DNA of 64,000 bases from Candidatus Latescibacterota bacterium (GTDB taxonomy: Bacteria > Latescibacterota > UBA2968 > UBA8231): the NCBI GenBank assembly GCA_965204725.1, contig OZ242005.1, forward strand, positions 1 through 64,000, written 5' to 3'. Numbering within the stretch: position 1 is the first letter of the stretch; every line of letters begins with the position of its first letter. Of the stretch, positions 19,256-28,404 are shown piece by piece. The notes beneath the pieces are model-generated. The model was given only the letters and a program-made list of their open reading frames with translations, made no database searches and was not told the origin of the DNA. Both the position numbers and the translations under genes were made by a program.

Positions 19256-21205
19256 TTAAAGACTCCTGATATTTGTCACGCCGGACTGCTCCAGCACGGC
19301 GGTTAGATTTAGCTTTGCTCTATCGTCAACAAAGCCGCTGTCTCGAAAGATAACGATGCTCTCACTGGACGGAGACAGTTCTTTTTGCCACGCTGAGATG
19401 CCGAGCCCGAGTTGCTGAGCTTCTTCCGGTGTAAGATCATGCCCGAAGCAGGCAAACAGCATTCCGGCACCGACTGAGTATATAGTCCGTCCTGCGATCA
19501 CTCGAGATTCGATGGAAACACAAAGATCGAGCCCCATCTTCAACATGAGTTCAAAAAGGAGGTCGTAGCCGGTTCGGCCTTTCTTTATATTTTCTGCATG
19601 CTCAAAGATGGATTGCTTGAGATTGTCAGGCTTAGTGATCCAAGATTGAATGTTTGAGGTATCGAGCTTGAGGACTAAAAAGCCAAAGTCGCCTGATAAA
19701 AGCGGTGTTTCTTTTTCGATTTGTTTCGCGGATCTGCGTAGTCGCTCTTTCGTCAACTCCGCTAGGTTGCGGGGGCGTCCAATTTGATCGCAGAAATCAG
19801 CTCCAACCACCTGAGCCTTGTCTTTCATATCGAGCGGTTGGGGCAACTGCACTAGGATGAAGCGCCGCGAGCACGAATCTTCAGCATTTTGCCGCCAGAC
19901 GCCTGAAGCCGTCGTCCCTGAGCCGGCAAAGAAATCCAAAATAATATCGTCCTCCCGCGAAACGGCCCTTATCAAGTACTTGAGCAAGCCTTCCGGCTTG
20001 GGATAGGAGACAACATCCGCGCCAAAAACTTCTCGTATCTGCTGAGTGGCATCTTCATTGGTCTGAACGGCGTTGATTCTGTAGGAAAGAAGGTTCGCTA
20101 TCTTCTTCTGTTCACCCGACTGATTCACGTAGTTGGGACGAAACGGAATCCTGCTAATGAGAATCTCTGCGCCGGCAGCTACGAATTCGTTGAGTTTGGC
20201 TTGCGAGTACCGCCATTCCCCAAGTAGCCGAAAAGCATTGCTGTTTCTTCCTTTTACAATGTGAACATCGTCGAGCAATACGGTCTTGATGTTCCCCTCA
20301 GACATGTCTTGGGCTGTAACGATCTGATCGTTGATCCCGAAGATCACGCTTGCCGCAGGAAATTCCAACACAGCCATGTTGTTGCCCGCATTGTTAAAGG
20401 GATATTTCTTTTCGTTTTCGACCGATCCAGTTGTAAAGGCGGGGGATTGTGAACGGTCTTTTGCATAGGCGATAATGTAATCCGTAACTGTGCCCATGTT
20501 CCGATCCAAAAAAGAAGGTTTCTTCTTTTTTTCCCATATAAAGGTGCCGCAAAAATTTTCGTAGCCAAAAATTTCGTCACAGACTACTCGCAGATTGTGC
20601 AATTCCTCGTCTCCTATGGATATGAGTATTATACCGTCACTTCTCAGCAAATTCCTTGCTACCTTCAAGCGTGGATACATCATGTTCAGCCAGTTCGTGT
20701 GGAACCGCCCCGATGCCTCCGTATTCGACGACAATTTCCGGTTATCGTCGTCGGTCTGTCCCGTCAACTTCTGATAATTCCGTATGCTGTCCCGGTAGTC
20801 ATCAGGATAGACGAAATCCTTCCCCGTGTTGTACGGCGGGTCAATGTAAATCAGCTTAACCTTCCCGGCGTAGCTCTTCTGCAACAGCTTGAGCACCTCT
20901 AGGTTATCGCCCTCAATCATCAGGTTTTGCGTCGTGTCCCAATCGACGCTTTCCTCTGGGCAGGGGCGCAAGGTGCCGGTCGAAGGCGTCAGGGCAAGCT
21001 GCCGCGCCCGGCGCTTGCCGTGCCAGTTGAGGCCGTACTTCTCCTCGCGATCGTCTATCTCGCCGCCCAGAAGCTGCTTGAGCACCTCAAAGTCGATCTT
21101 GTCCTCAGTAAAGGCTTCGGGAAACAGGGCCTTTAGGTGTTCGATGTTATCAGCCACAATGTCCGCCGAGCGCGTCTCTGGGTCGTTGGCAATGAGTTTT
21201 TGCAT
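19256..21205 (-). CDS. mod: Type III R-M Mod subunit (m6A methyltransferase)
   Basis: IEGDNLEVLKLL, IYIDPPYNTG and DFFAGSGTT motifs. Confidence 0.93.
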   Translation of the reverse strand: MQKLIANDPETRSADIVADNIEHLKALFPEAFTEDKIDFEVLKQLLGGEIDDREEKYGLNWHGKRRARQLALTPSTGTLRPCPEESVDWDTTQNLMIEGDNLEVLKLLQKSYAGKVKLIYIDPPYNTGKDFVYPDDYRDSIRNYQKLTGQTDDDNRKLSSNTEASGRFHTNWLNMMYPRLKVARNLLRSDGIILISIGDEELHNLRVVCDEIFGYENFCGTFIWEKKKKPSFLDRNMGTVTDYIIAYAKDRSQSPAFTTGSVENEKKYPFNNAGNNMAVLEFPAASVIFGINDQIVTAQDMSEGNIKTVLLDDVHIVKGRNSNAFRLLGEWRYSQAKLNEFVAAGAEILISRIPFRPNYVNQSGEQKKIANLLSYRINAVQTNEDATQQIREVFGADVVSYPKPEGLLKYLIRAVSREDDIILDFFAGSGTTASGVWRQNAEDSCSRRFILVQLPQPLDMKDKAQVVGADFCDQIGRPRNLAELTKERLRRSAKQIEKETPLLSGDFGFLVLKLDTSNIQSWITKPDNLKQSIFEHAENIKKGRTGYDLLFELMLKMGLDLCVSIESRVIAGRTIYSVGAGMLFACFGHDLTPEEAQQLGLGISAWQKELSPSSESIVIFRDSGFVDDRAKLNLTAVLEQSGVTNIRSL

Positions 21206-21341
21206 AATTTCGTGTCCTAGCGGCGTCCGGGCTTTAGCCCCAAATCATGGACGGCATAAACTTTTGTTTTTCAGTAGCCTGTCGTGCCTGCGCTGGAAGC
21301 TCTTATCTCTGCATAATGTAAAAAGACCCATAGGTTCACGC

Positions 21342-22589
21342 CTACCGCTCCCACAGATCGCTCAGCGGTACGGCGAGTATGCGCTCGTCGGCCAATGGGA
21401 GTCGGTCGCGGCCGGCGTAGAGCAGCACCCCGGACTCAAAATTTTCGCCACAGCGATCGGCCAGACGCACGAGCCCCCGCCCGTCTTTGGCGGTGAGCGC
21501 ACCGGCGGCCTTGACCTCAATACCCCAAGTCTTCCGACCCTGAGTAAGCACTACATCGACCTCCACCTGATCCTTGTCGCGATAGTGCCAGAAACGCAGA
21601 TCCGGCTCTGTCCACGTGGCTTGGGCTATGAGTTGTTGCACCACAAAAGATTCCAATAGATGCCCCATGCGGTCCCGATGGTCGAGCCAATCGGCCGCAG
21701 TTAGGTCGGCGAGGGTCGCCGCCAGCCCGCTATCGAGCAGATGGATCTTCGGTGTTTTGACGAGTCGTTTGGCCGGGTTGCGATGCCACGCGGGCAAGCG
21801 TCGCACCAGAAAGAGCCGCTCGAGTACGGCGATGTAGTGCTCTACGGTCGCCCGGTGCAGGCCGAGGCTATTGGCCAGATTGCAAGTGTTCAATAGCGCG
21901 GCGTTGCGCTGAGCCAGCAATTCCAGCAGACGAGCCAATTCGCTAGCATCCCTCACCCGCGCCACGTCTTGCACATCCCGCTCGACGATGCTGCGTACAT
22001 ACTGCCGGTGCCATTGCCGGGCGCGGCTGGGCGTACGGGTCAGCGGCTCGGGATAGCCGCCGGCGACCAATCGCTCGGCCAGCGGTGGGCCAGCAGGCTC
22101 CGTCGCGGGCCGGATACCCGCTTTGAGCGCACCGTTCAACAGGTCGCTGAGGAAGCACCCAGGCTGACGCATTTTTTCTGATTCGGTCAATGGGTACAAC
22201 TGCGCCATTTCCATCCGCCCTGCCAGCGATTCGGTAACGGTCGGCACCAGCAATAGATTGGCCGAGCCGGTTAACAGGAAACGCCCGGGACGGCGGTCCC
22301 GATCGACAGCGCGCTTGATGGCCGAGAGCAGCACCGGCACCCGTTGCACTTCGTCCAAGGTCACCGCCTCCGGCAAGCTGGCTACGAAACCGTCCGGGTC
22401 GGTCCCAGCGGTCTGGTAGTAGTTGTGCTCGTCTAGGCTGACGAATGCACGGTCCGGTGCGAGCTGCTGCACGAGCGTAGTTTTCCCACTTTGCCGCGGC
22501 CCGAGCAGACAGACCACCGGCGTATCGGCCAAAGCCTCGCGGAGGACGGGGGCCAGCGAGCGGGGAAACAGGGAGCAGTCGGCGTCCAT
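21342..22589 (-). CDS. AAA_14 ATPase with DUF4143 and a C-terminal PD-(D/E)xK-like domain
   Basis: GPRQSGKTT, LDEVQ, LTGSA, ESLAGR and EVDVV...IEVK motifs. Confidence 0.88.
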   Translation of the reverse strand: MDADCSLFPRSLAPVLREALADTPVVCLLGPRQSGKTTLVQQLAPDRAFVSLDEHNYYQTAGTDPDGFVASLPEAVTLDEVQRVPVLLSAIKRAVDRDRRPGRFLLTGSANLLLVPTVTESLAGRMEMAQLYPLTESEKMRQPGCFLSDLLNGALKAGIRPATEPAGPPLAERLVAGGYPEPLTRTPSRARQWHRQYVRSIVERDVQDVARVRDASELARLLELLAQRNAALLNTCNLANSLGLHRATVEHYIAVLERLFLVRRLPAWHRNPAKRLVKTPKIHLLDSGLAATLADLTAADWLDHRDRMGHLLESFVVQQLIAQATWTEPDLRFWHYRDKDQVEVDVVLTQGRKTWGIEVKAAGALTAKDGRGLVRLADRCGENFESGVLLYAGRDRLPLADERILAVPLSDLWER

Positions 22590-22641
22590 TTGTCGGTTAG
22601 ATTAGCGTCCAATTGTCGGTTAAGGGAGCGTCCAATTGTCG
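22582..22641. repeat. Three direct repeats with 23-bp period (GCGTCCAWTTGTCG core)
   Basis: Units start at 22582, 22605 and 22628; the first overlaps the AAA gene start codon. Confidence 0.85.
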
Positions 22642-22744
22642 AATGGCAATCTAGCGGAAGGGGACGCGGCGAGCAAGATGAAAGGCTGAAGTCGGCTGGA
22701 TCGAACAGGACTACGACCGGGCGGGACCCGGCTCGCCCATTCGG

Positions 22745-23296
22745 CTATTTGGCCATCACTTGGGCCCGGATGAGCCGGAATAGTTCCGCTTGGTACTCAG
22801 CATCGCGCAGGGCCGTGTGATTGGGTTGCCGCCGTGGTTGTAATGCGGCCGCCATGCGGCTCGACCGAGTATCGGCCCATTGACAAGCGGTAGCCCCCAT
22901 GTAATAAGCTTTGATGTCTAGCGCAGAGAAGCCAAACGGATTTTCTCCAATAAACAGATGGAAATAATGGTTCACAAAGGACCAGTCGAACGGTGCATTA
23001 AAGCCGACGAAGACCAGCGTCTCGCCCCCGCGGACCAGTCCTTTCAGCCAATCGGCAAACCGCTTCATAGCCTCTTCCGGTGCCAAGCCCGTCCGCTCTA
23101 GGGCTTCGAGAGACAGCCCCGACACCTTCAAGGCCATCGGATCGGCGTTGCGGTTGAGCGGCTTGAGTTCGCAGGCGAATGTCAGGCTTTTGTCGTCAAC
23201 GACGCAGGCACCAATTGACAGCAGGCTAAACTCTATGGGAATTGGTCCCGCCGTTTCGACATCGACAGAAACGAAAATCTCGCGTTGGTCGGTCAT
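22745..23296 (-). CDS. cap18: DEDD 3'-5' exonuclease, Cap18-like CBASS accessory protein
   Basis: SVDVETAGP, FNAPFDW and HTALRDA motifs; ATGA overlap with the upstream effector. Confidence 0.75.
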   Translation of the reverse strand: MTDQREIFVSVDVETAGPIPIEFSLLSIGACVVDDKSLTFACELKPLNRNADPMALKVSGLSLEALERTGLAPEEAMKRFADWLKGLVRGGETLVFVGFNAPFDWSFVNHYFHLFIGENPFGFSALDIKAYYMGATACQWADTRSSRMAAALQPRRQPNHTALRDAEYQAELFRLIRAQVMAK

Positions 23297-24459
23297 GGAA
23301 TCAGAGGCTCCACTGGTACGAGAGGAGGTCGGTTTTGGATTGTGGCCCAATGCGCCCGGAAAGCTTGTTGTCGATCCTCAATCGTTCCGCTTGTCTTCCA
23401 GTGCAGTGCCGCTAGGGTGGAAATGTCGAATGGGTGTTGGTTGCCTTCCTTAACCATGAGCATCGTTGGCAAACCGCGCCCGAGCGCATAGCCGAGTTCT
23501 ATAAAGCAGTTGGGCCGCATGCCCGTGATGTCAGCCAGCACGACGCTGCTACGGTGGAGCTTCGCGAAGATCTCTTGGTCAATGCGAGCGTACTCGTATG
23601 GCTGCGAACCGTCGATTACTGTCATCTTGTAGCCAAGTTCGTCCTCGACGACCGGCTGCACCACCTCTTTGAAGAAGGTTTCGACATCCTCGTAGTCTTT
23701 ACACTTGGGATTAAGTAATCGCACGACGAAAGCTCGAGGTTTTTCCAAGTTCTCAAGAAGGTCGCTGATCGCGCTTATACGCTTGCAGACCGGCTTACGC
23801 GATGTGAAGTTGATGCGGTTGATCCAAGTATGGGCACTGTGGTGAATAGTCTGAAACAGCCGTTGTGCTCGCGTACTGTCTAAACCAGAGGAGAACAGTC
23901 GGCGCGCACCGGTGTCGGGCGATGTTATGCGGGCGTTCAGCGGCACTACAGGCTTGCCAGCATCATGGTATAAATTGGCCAAAAACAGGACTCCGTCCGA
24001 ACCTCCGAGCGCGATGAGGATGTCGCCCCGCTGAGCCTGCGCCTCCATCCGCTTGCTGTTCATGTTCCAGTGGGAGACATTTTCGATATGGACGAGATCG
24101 GACGTCCGTAGGTCATCCCAGAGTTGCTCAAACTCCGGCGGAATTTGCTCTTCATTCTTGTGGTGCTGAACGGCGATGGCGAGCGGATCGGGTGCGCTAG
24201 AAGGTCGGCGAGCAAGGTTATCGTATAACGTCTTCCAGATCAGCCAGTCGAAGCAAATCGGCAGATCGTCGCTTTCCCGCAACTTCTCGGCGTCGACCGG
24301 CACGACAAAAGTCGCTCCTCGCTTGATAAGGTCAAGAACCAATCCTTTCACCAGTTTACGTGCTGCTTGGACTTCGCCGAAAGTCGCCACCGACGCGTCG
24401 CACGAGATGCTGCCCGCGATATGGATGCGGCGTCCGAATAGTGAGGACCTAGCCATCAC
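23293..24459 (-). CDS. CBASS effector: N-terminal SLOG (TPALS/Cap17-N-like) plus C-terminal nucleoside 2-deoxyribosyltransferase/TIR-like domain
   Basis: RIHIAGS and LIALGGSDGV (SLOG); ADITGMRPNCFIELGYALG (NDT/TIR-like, conserved Glu). Confidence 0.7.
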   Translation of the reverse strand: MMARSSLFGRRIHIAGSISCDASVATFGEVQAARKLVKGLVLDLIKRGATFVVPVDAEKLRESDDLPICFDWLIWKTLYDNLARRPSSAPDPLAIAVQHHKNEEQIPPEFEQLWDDLRTSDLVHIENVSHWNMNSKRMEAQAQRGDILIALGGSDGVLFLANLYHDAGKPVVPLNARITSPDTGARRLFSSGLDSTRAQRLFQTIHHSAHTWINRINFTSRKPVCKRISAISDLLENLEKPRAFVVRLLNPKCKDYEDVETFFKEVVQPVVEDELGYKMTVIDGSQPYEYARIDQEIFAKLHRSSVVLADITGMRPNCFIELGYALGRGLPTMLMVKEGNQHPFDISTLAALHWKTSGTIEDRQQAFRAHWATIQNRPPLVPVEPLIP

Positions 24460-25355
24460 AGACCTTCTACGACGGGCGACGACCTCATGTTAGCAGCAAC
24501 GGTTTGAAGATCGTCGAAACAAAGCGGACGATCCGGGAATGCCGACGCTAAGGCACTCGGATAAAGCCGGGTGCGGATGTCCGAGTAGGTCCAAGTTGGC
24601 TGGCCTTCTCCCCGAGCACCTGTGATTTTAACCAGAGAGTCAAGTTGGTCCCCCGTCAGCGAGAGTGCCGCAAGATCCATGTCGAAGAGTTGCCGACGTT
24701 CTTCCTCTGACGGACGCGTGAATTCCTCGATGACCGAGGCGCGTCGCTGAAGAGCGGGGTCCAGTGCCAAAGCACGGTTCGTGCAAAAGAAGGCAACAAC
24801 CCGTCCGCCAAAGCACCGTAAATGGTCAATCTTCTGAATCAAAGTGTTCACAGCGACCTTATCTTCGTGGTGGCTATGATCCTGTGAGCGAGCCGCGGCG
24901 AGCGAGTCGCCTTCGTCAATAATAAGAATAGCGCGACGACCTTTGCCTGCCGACTTGGCCACTTGTTCAAACGCTTCGATGATCAATGTTCCCATCTCGC
25001 CGACCTTGCCGGCCCCACGGACGCGGTTGCCTAACTTGAAGAGGACCGAGTCTTCCGTTTTACTCTCTGTGATCAAACGGTTTGCAATGCACTCGGCCAT
25101 CACGGTCTTACCAGTTCCGACGTCGCCGTGGAAGATCACGAGCGGGTATTGCTCAGTGACGAGATCGCATAGGGCAAGCTGTCCGTCGTGGTGCTTTTGG
25201 TTCCACCGGCTTAAATCGCTCGTGCTCAACAGCAGCCGCAGTGAGTTGCGGACTCGGTTGTAGCGAACCTCGAACCCCAGCAAGGTCTTTTCCTTAGCCG
25301 CAAGCCTAGCGTCGGGCAGAGGCGTTTTGCTCTCGAAGATATCAGCCTTATTCAC
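24456..25355 (-). CDS. cap6: TRIP13/Pch2-like AAA+ ATPase (CBASS Cap6)
   Basis: GDVGTGKT, IIDEGDSL, TNR...LDPALQRR; GTG start overlaps the HORMA stop. Confidence 0.85.
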   Translation of the reverse strand: MNKADIFESKTPLPDARLAAKEKTLLGFEVRYNRVRNSLRLLLSTSDLSRWNQKHHDGQLALCDLVTEQYPLVIFHGDVGTGKTVMAECIANRLITESKTEDSVLFKLGNRVRGAGKVGEMGTLIIEAFEQVAKSAGKGRRAILIIDEGDSLAAARSQDHSHHEDKVAVNTLIQKIDHLRCFGGRVVAFFCTNRALALDPALQRRASVIEEFTRPSEEERRQLFDMDLAALSLTGDQLDSLVKITGARGEGQPTWTYSDIRTRLYPSALASAFPDRPLCFDDLQTVAANMRSSPVVEGL

Positions 25356-25846
25356 GAGGAGAAATCCTTTCGCTGCATTCCCCACCCGTTGCTCGAGTAG
25401 GTACGCCCGCCGGAATGGATGAGGCCGGAATGGCTGGTATCGGCTCTGGTCGGAACCCATTTGCATTTGAGACTGCTCTTCATCTCCTCTCTAGCGGTGG
25501 CATTATAGGCGTCAGTGTACCTCAATATGATTCGGAAGTCGGGACTTTCAACGCTAGGCCACAAAACCCCGCCCGGGCGGCTCATCTCTAGGTCGCCGTC
25601 AGAAGTGTTGACGATATATTGCACAGCTTGAACCTCGGTTGATCCGGAGAAAAGCGTGAGATCAACCATCTTCAGATACATCTTCTTAGCTAGCACCTCG
25701 ACGTCATGCGCGTAGTCAAGGGCCTCTTCCTCAGTGATCGCGCCGGAACTCTGGGCGATCATCACGAGGTCGGCAGTAAAGCGCCGCACGACCGTTTCGA
25801 TGTCGGAAATCGTGTAGGAATAGGTGTCAGTTGCTGTATAGGTCAT
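25352..25846 (-). CDS. cap7: Bacterial HORMA domain protein (Cap7)
   Basis: Thr/Tyr-rich N-terminus (TYTATDTYSYT), ADLVMI, RPGGV and YSSNGWG resemble HORMA1; sits between the CD-NTase and TRIP13. Confidence 0.8.
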   Translation of the reverse strand: MTYTATDTYSYTISDIETVVRRFTADLVMIAQSSGAITEEEALDYAHDVEVLAKKMYLKMVDLTLFSGSTEVQAVQYIVNTSDGDLEMSRPGGVLWPSVESPDFRIILRYTDAYNATAREEMKSSLKCKWVPTRADTSHSGLIHSGGRTYSSNGWGMQRKDFSS

Positions 25847-25850
25847 ATTC

Positions 25851-26795
25851 TCAATCCCCGATTTTGAAGTGGGGTCCGAAGAGTTCCTTCCAAACTTCGT
25901 TGTCGTTCTCGACGGACGCGAAATTGGCTGTCTCCCAAGCTGCTTTTGCGGCTTTGACGATCTGCTGTCGCTCTGACTCCGTGATGCGGGCGGCAACATT
26001 GTTGCTACTTTGAACTGGGTCAAGTATCACGACCGGATCGTAGAAGGGGCCGATAGGTCCGGTGTTCTCAGGGAACTGGATGACATCTTTCAGTCTTGAC
26101 TGAGCTATGTAGAGCAAGAAGCGACGAAATCGCTGTTCTATTGACTCTTTCGCTCCCCCTTTATCCAAGAGGTAGGCCAGAATGAGTTCGATCGCGAACG
26201 ATTTGAGTGGCTTCAGTTCGGCGTGGTTGCGCCATTTCTTGGCGAGACGGACCAAGGTACGGAAGTGCTTGTCCTTGTCCTTGCGGTTTTGAACGAACTG
26301 AATCTGGCAGGGGGCGCATGTCTGCACCTTGGAGCCATCCTCCAAGTCGAATTGCCAGCCGTAGTCGGGTCGGGCTTTGTCTTGGATCACTGGGACTACA
26401 TCGACATTGAGTCCGCTGCCAACGAAGGAGACTTTGGTCGCCTTTCGCTGGATTTCAAAGTCTCCCACATCCTTGTTGGGATAGATCTTGATCAGCAACT
26501 CATGAATCGAGTCGTTCAGACTTTTCAAGGTTTTTTGACCGACACTCCGGTCGAAAATATAGAAGACGACATCTACATCAACCGGATCCTCGGATGTTTT
26601 CCTAAGGATAGTGAACTTGGCAAAGGATCCTGCCTTCACCGTCTTAGTGATCCTGACGTCGATCTTATCCCGGATATCCTCTGTGAGTTTATCAATGAGA
26701 AAACCGACCTGTCTGTGATACTCCTTCCGCTTGCTATCGGGCAGGCGAAGAACGTTGCTGTCGTAATAGCGAAGTTGAGAGTTGGTCAGCGACAT
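25851..26795 (-). CDS. CBASS CD-NTase (cGAS/DncV-like cyclase, CdnC-like)
   Basis: AGSFAKFT, DVDVV, DVVPV, LVRLAKKW, SFAIEL and DPVQSSNNVA motifs; GAGGAGG RBS. Confidence 0.9.
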   Translation of the reverse strand: MSLTNSQLRYYDSNVLRLPDSKRKEYHRQVGFLIDKLTEDIRDKIDVRITKTVKAGSFAKFTILRKTSEDPVDVDVVFYIFDRSVGQKTLKSLNDSIHELLIKIYPNKDVGDFEIQRKATKVSFVGSGLNVDVVPVIQDKARPDYGWQFDLEDGSKVQTCAPCQIQFVQNRKDKDKHFRTLVRLAKKWRNHAELKPLKSFAIELILAYLLDKGGAKESIEQRFRRFLLYIAQSRLKDVIQFPENTGPIGPFYDPVVILDPVQSSNNVAARITESERQQIVKAAKAAWETANFASVENDNEVWKELFGPHFKIGD

Positions 26796-27005
26796 GAATA
26801 CCTCCTCTAGGTGCATCTATGCGATGATAGACACCAGTAAACGGGGAAAGACGAGAGCGACGCGATGAGTTTGCCCATCGGTAGAGCACCTACTAGCCTC
26901 GGCATAATTGCTCGCGCCAAAGTTGCCAAAAATATCATTTCTCAAAAAACAGAAAGAATGTTATCTTTGTCAAGAGATCAATCAAATGCCCCACGAGGAG
27001 AAACA

Positions 27006-28139
27006 ATGACTGCTGAAGCGCACATTGCCGCGAATGTCGCCCGACTGCGGCTGGACCGGCAGTTGACCCAAGAGGAACTCGCTCGCAAGGCGGGGCTTTC
27101 GCGGATGGCACTCGGAAAGATCGAGCGAGGCATCGTCGTCCCACGCGCCCGGACCCTCGCCGCGCTAGGGGACGCGCTCGGCGTTCCGCTCGGCGATCTA
27201 GTGACGCCTGTGCAGCCTCTTAAGACCGTGCGATTCCGCGCCCAAGCACGGGTCCACGCTCGGGCGCAGATCTTGGCCGAGGTCGCAAAGTGGCTCGACG
27301 CCTATACTCAAGTCGAGGCCGATCTCGGCGAGTCGTGCCCCTTCCAGTTCAAGGCTGTTCGCATTCAGCCTAGGAGCCCGGAGAAAACCGCACAGGCCGC
27401 ACGCAAAGCCATCGGGCTTGGGCCGGAAGAGCCGGTGCTCGACATCTGCGGGCTGCTCGAAAGCAGCGGAGTGAAGCTATTGTTCCTCGTTAAAAAAAGT
27501 GACTCCTTCTTCGGACTAAGCGTCGGTGCAGAGGATGGCGGCCCTGCCGTGGTGGTCAATACTTGGGAGCGGATCTCGGTAGAACGTTGGATCTTTACCG
27601 CGGTACACGAACTCGGCCATTTGTTGCTTCATCCGGCCGAATATCGGCGCGACGCCACCGAACTCCCCGTGCAGACAGAGCGCGAGGCCGATGCCTTTGC
27701 GAGCCACTTCCTGATGCCAGAAGCCGCGTTCGAGTCAGAGTGGGACGAGACCCGAGGGCATCCGCTCCTCGTCCGCGTCCTCAAGGTCAAGCGCATCTTC
27801 CGCGTGAGTTACAAAACCGTGCTCTATCGGCTGGTTGAGTCGAGCCGTGAAACCTCGGATATCTGGCGCACATTCCAGCACCAGCATCGCAGTTATTTTG
27901 GCAAGACGCTTCGCAGGACCGAAGAACCCGAAGCACTTAAAAGAAGCGAGTTCGCTTGGAATTGGAGCCGCTCAGGTGAGCCAGAGGGCCTCTCTCGGCA
28001 CGACTTTGTCGAGAACCGCCTCTCTCGGCTCGTGCGACAGGCACTTGAACAGGAGCATATTTCACTCGGGCGTGCCGCCGAGATTCTGAGGCTGACTCGG
28101 GAGGAGATGAGGAGGCAGGCACGTGAGTGGGTGGGGTAA
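27006..28139 (+). CDS. XRE-family HTH fused to an ImmA/IrrE metallopeptidase
   Basis: LTQEELARKAGLS..IERG HTH; FTAVHELGH and EREADAFASHFLMP; GAGGAG RBS. Confidence 0.88.
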   Translation: MTAEAHIAANVARLRLDRQLTQEELARKAGLSRMALGKIERGIVVPRARTLAALGDALGVPLGDLVTPVQPLKTVRFRAQARVHARAQILAEVAKWLDAYTQVEADLGESCPFQFKAVRIQPRSPEKTAQAARKAIGLGPEEPVLDICGLLESSGVKLLFLVKKSDSFFGLSVGAEDGGPAVVVNTWERISVERWIFTAVHELGHLLLHPAEYRRDATELPVQTEREADAFASHFLMPEAAFESEWDETRGHPLLVRVLKVKRIFRVSYKTVLYRLVESSRETSDIWRTFQHQHRSYFGKTLRRTEEPEALKRSEFAWNWSRSGEPEGLSRHDFVENRLSRLVRQALEQEHISLGRAAEILRLTREEMRRQAREWVG

Positions 28140-28145
28140 GTGGCT

Positions 28146-28326
28146 ATGGCCCAGACTGTGCTTCTCGCCGACGCAGAGCCTCAGTCTCATGGTAGATCTG
28201 GTTGCTGTCGGTTCCCTCACGCGGCGGCGTGCCATAGCTATCGCTCGCCAAATCCAAGCGTCGAATCCGCTTCATATCAATGAGCGAGTACTTCAGCGTT
28301 TTTTGGGAGCTATCGAGAAAACTTGA
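28146..28326 (+). pseudogene. Probable PIN-domain toxin remnant with an internal deletion
   Basis: PIN-like start MAQTVLLADA joined out of frame (~28176) to a C-terminal helix LSLMVDLVAVG...INERVLQRF; directly downstream of the IrrE gene. Confidence 0.5.
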
Positions 28327-28404
28327 TATATAGTCCCAGCGTACCGCGTCCACTGTGCGCAACTTGGGTGGCCAGATTTTTGACCCGTTGCCCTAGAATG
28401 ACCG

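Noticed and set aside
19256-21205. Phase-variable mod (simple sequence repeats)
   Set aside because: No long SSR tract seen and the frame is intact
22582-22641. Possible mini CRISPR array
   Set aside because: The 23-bp period leaves only ~9 nt between cores, so there are no spacers, and no cas genes are present
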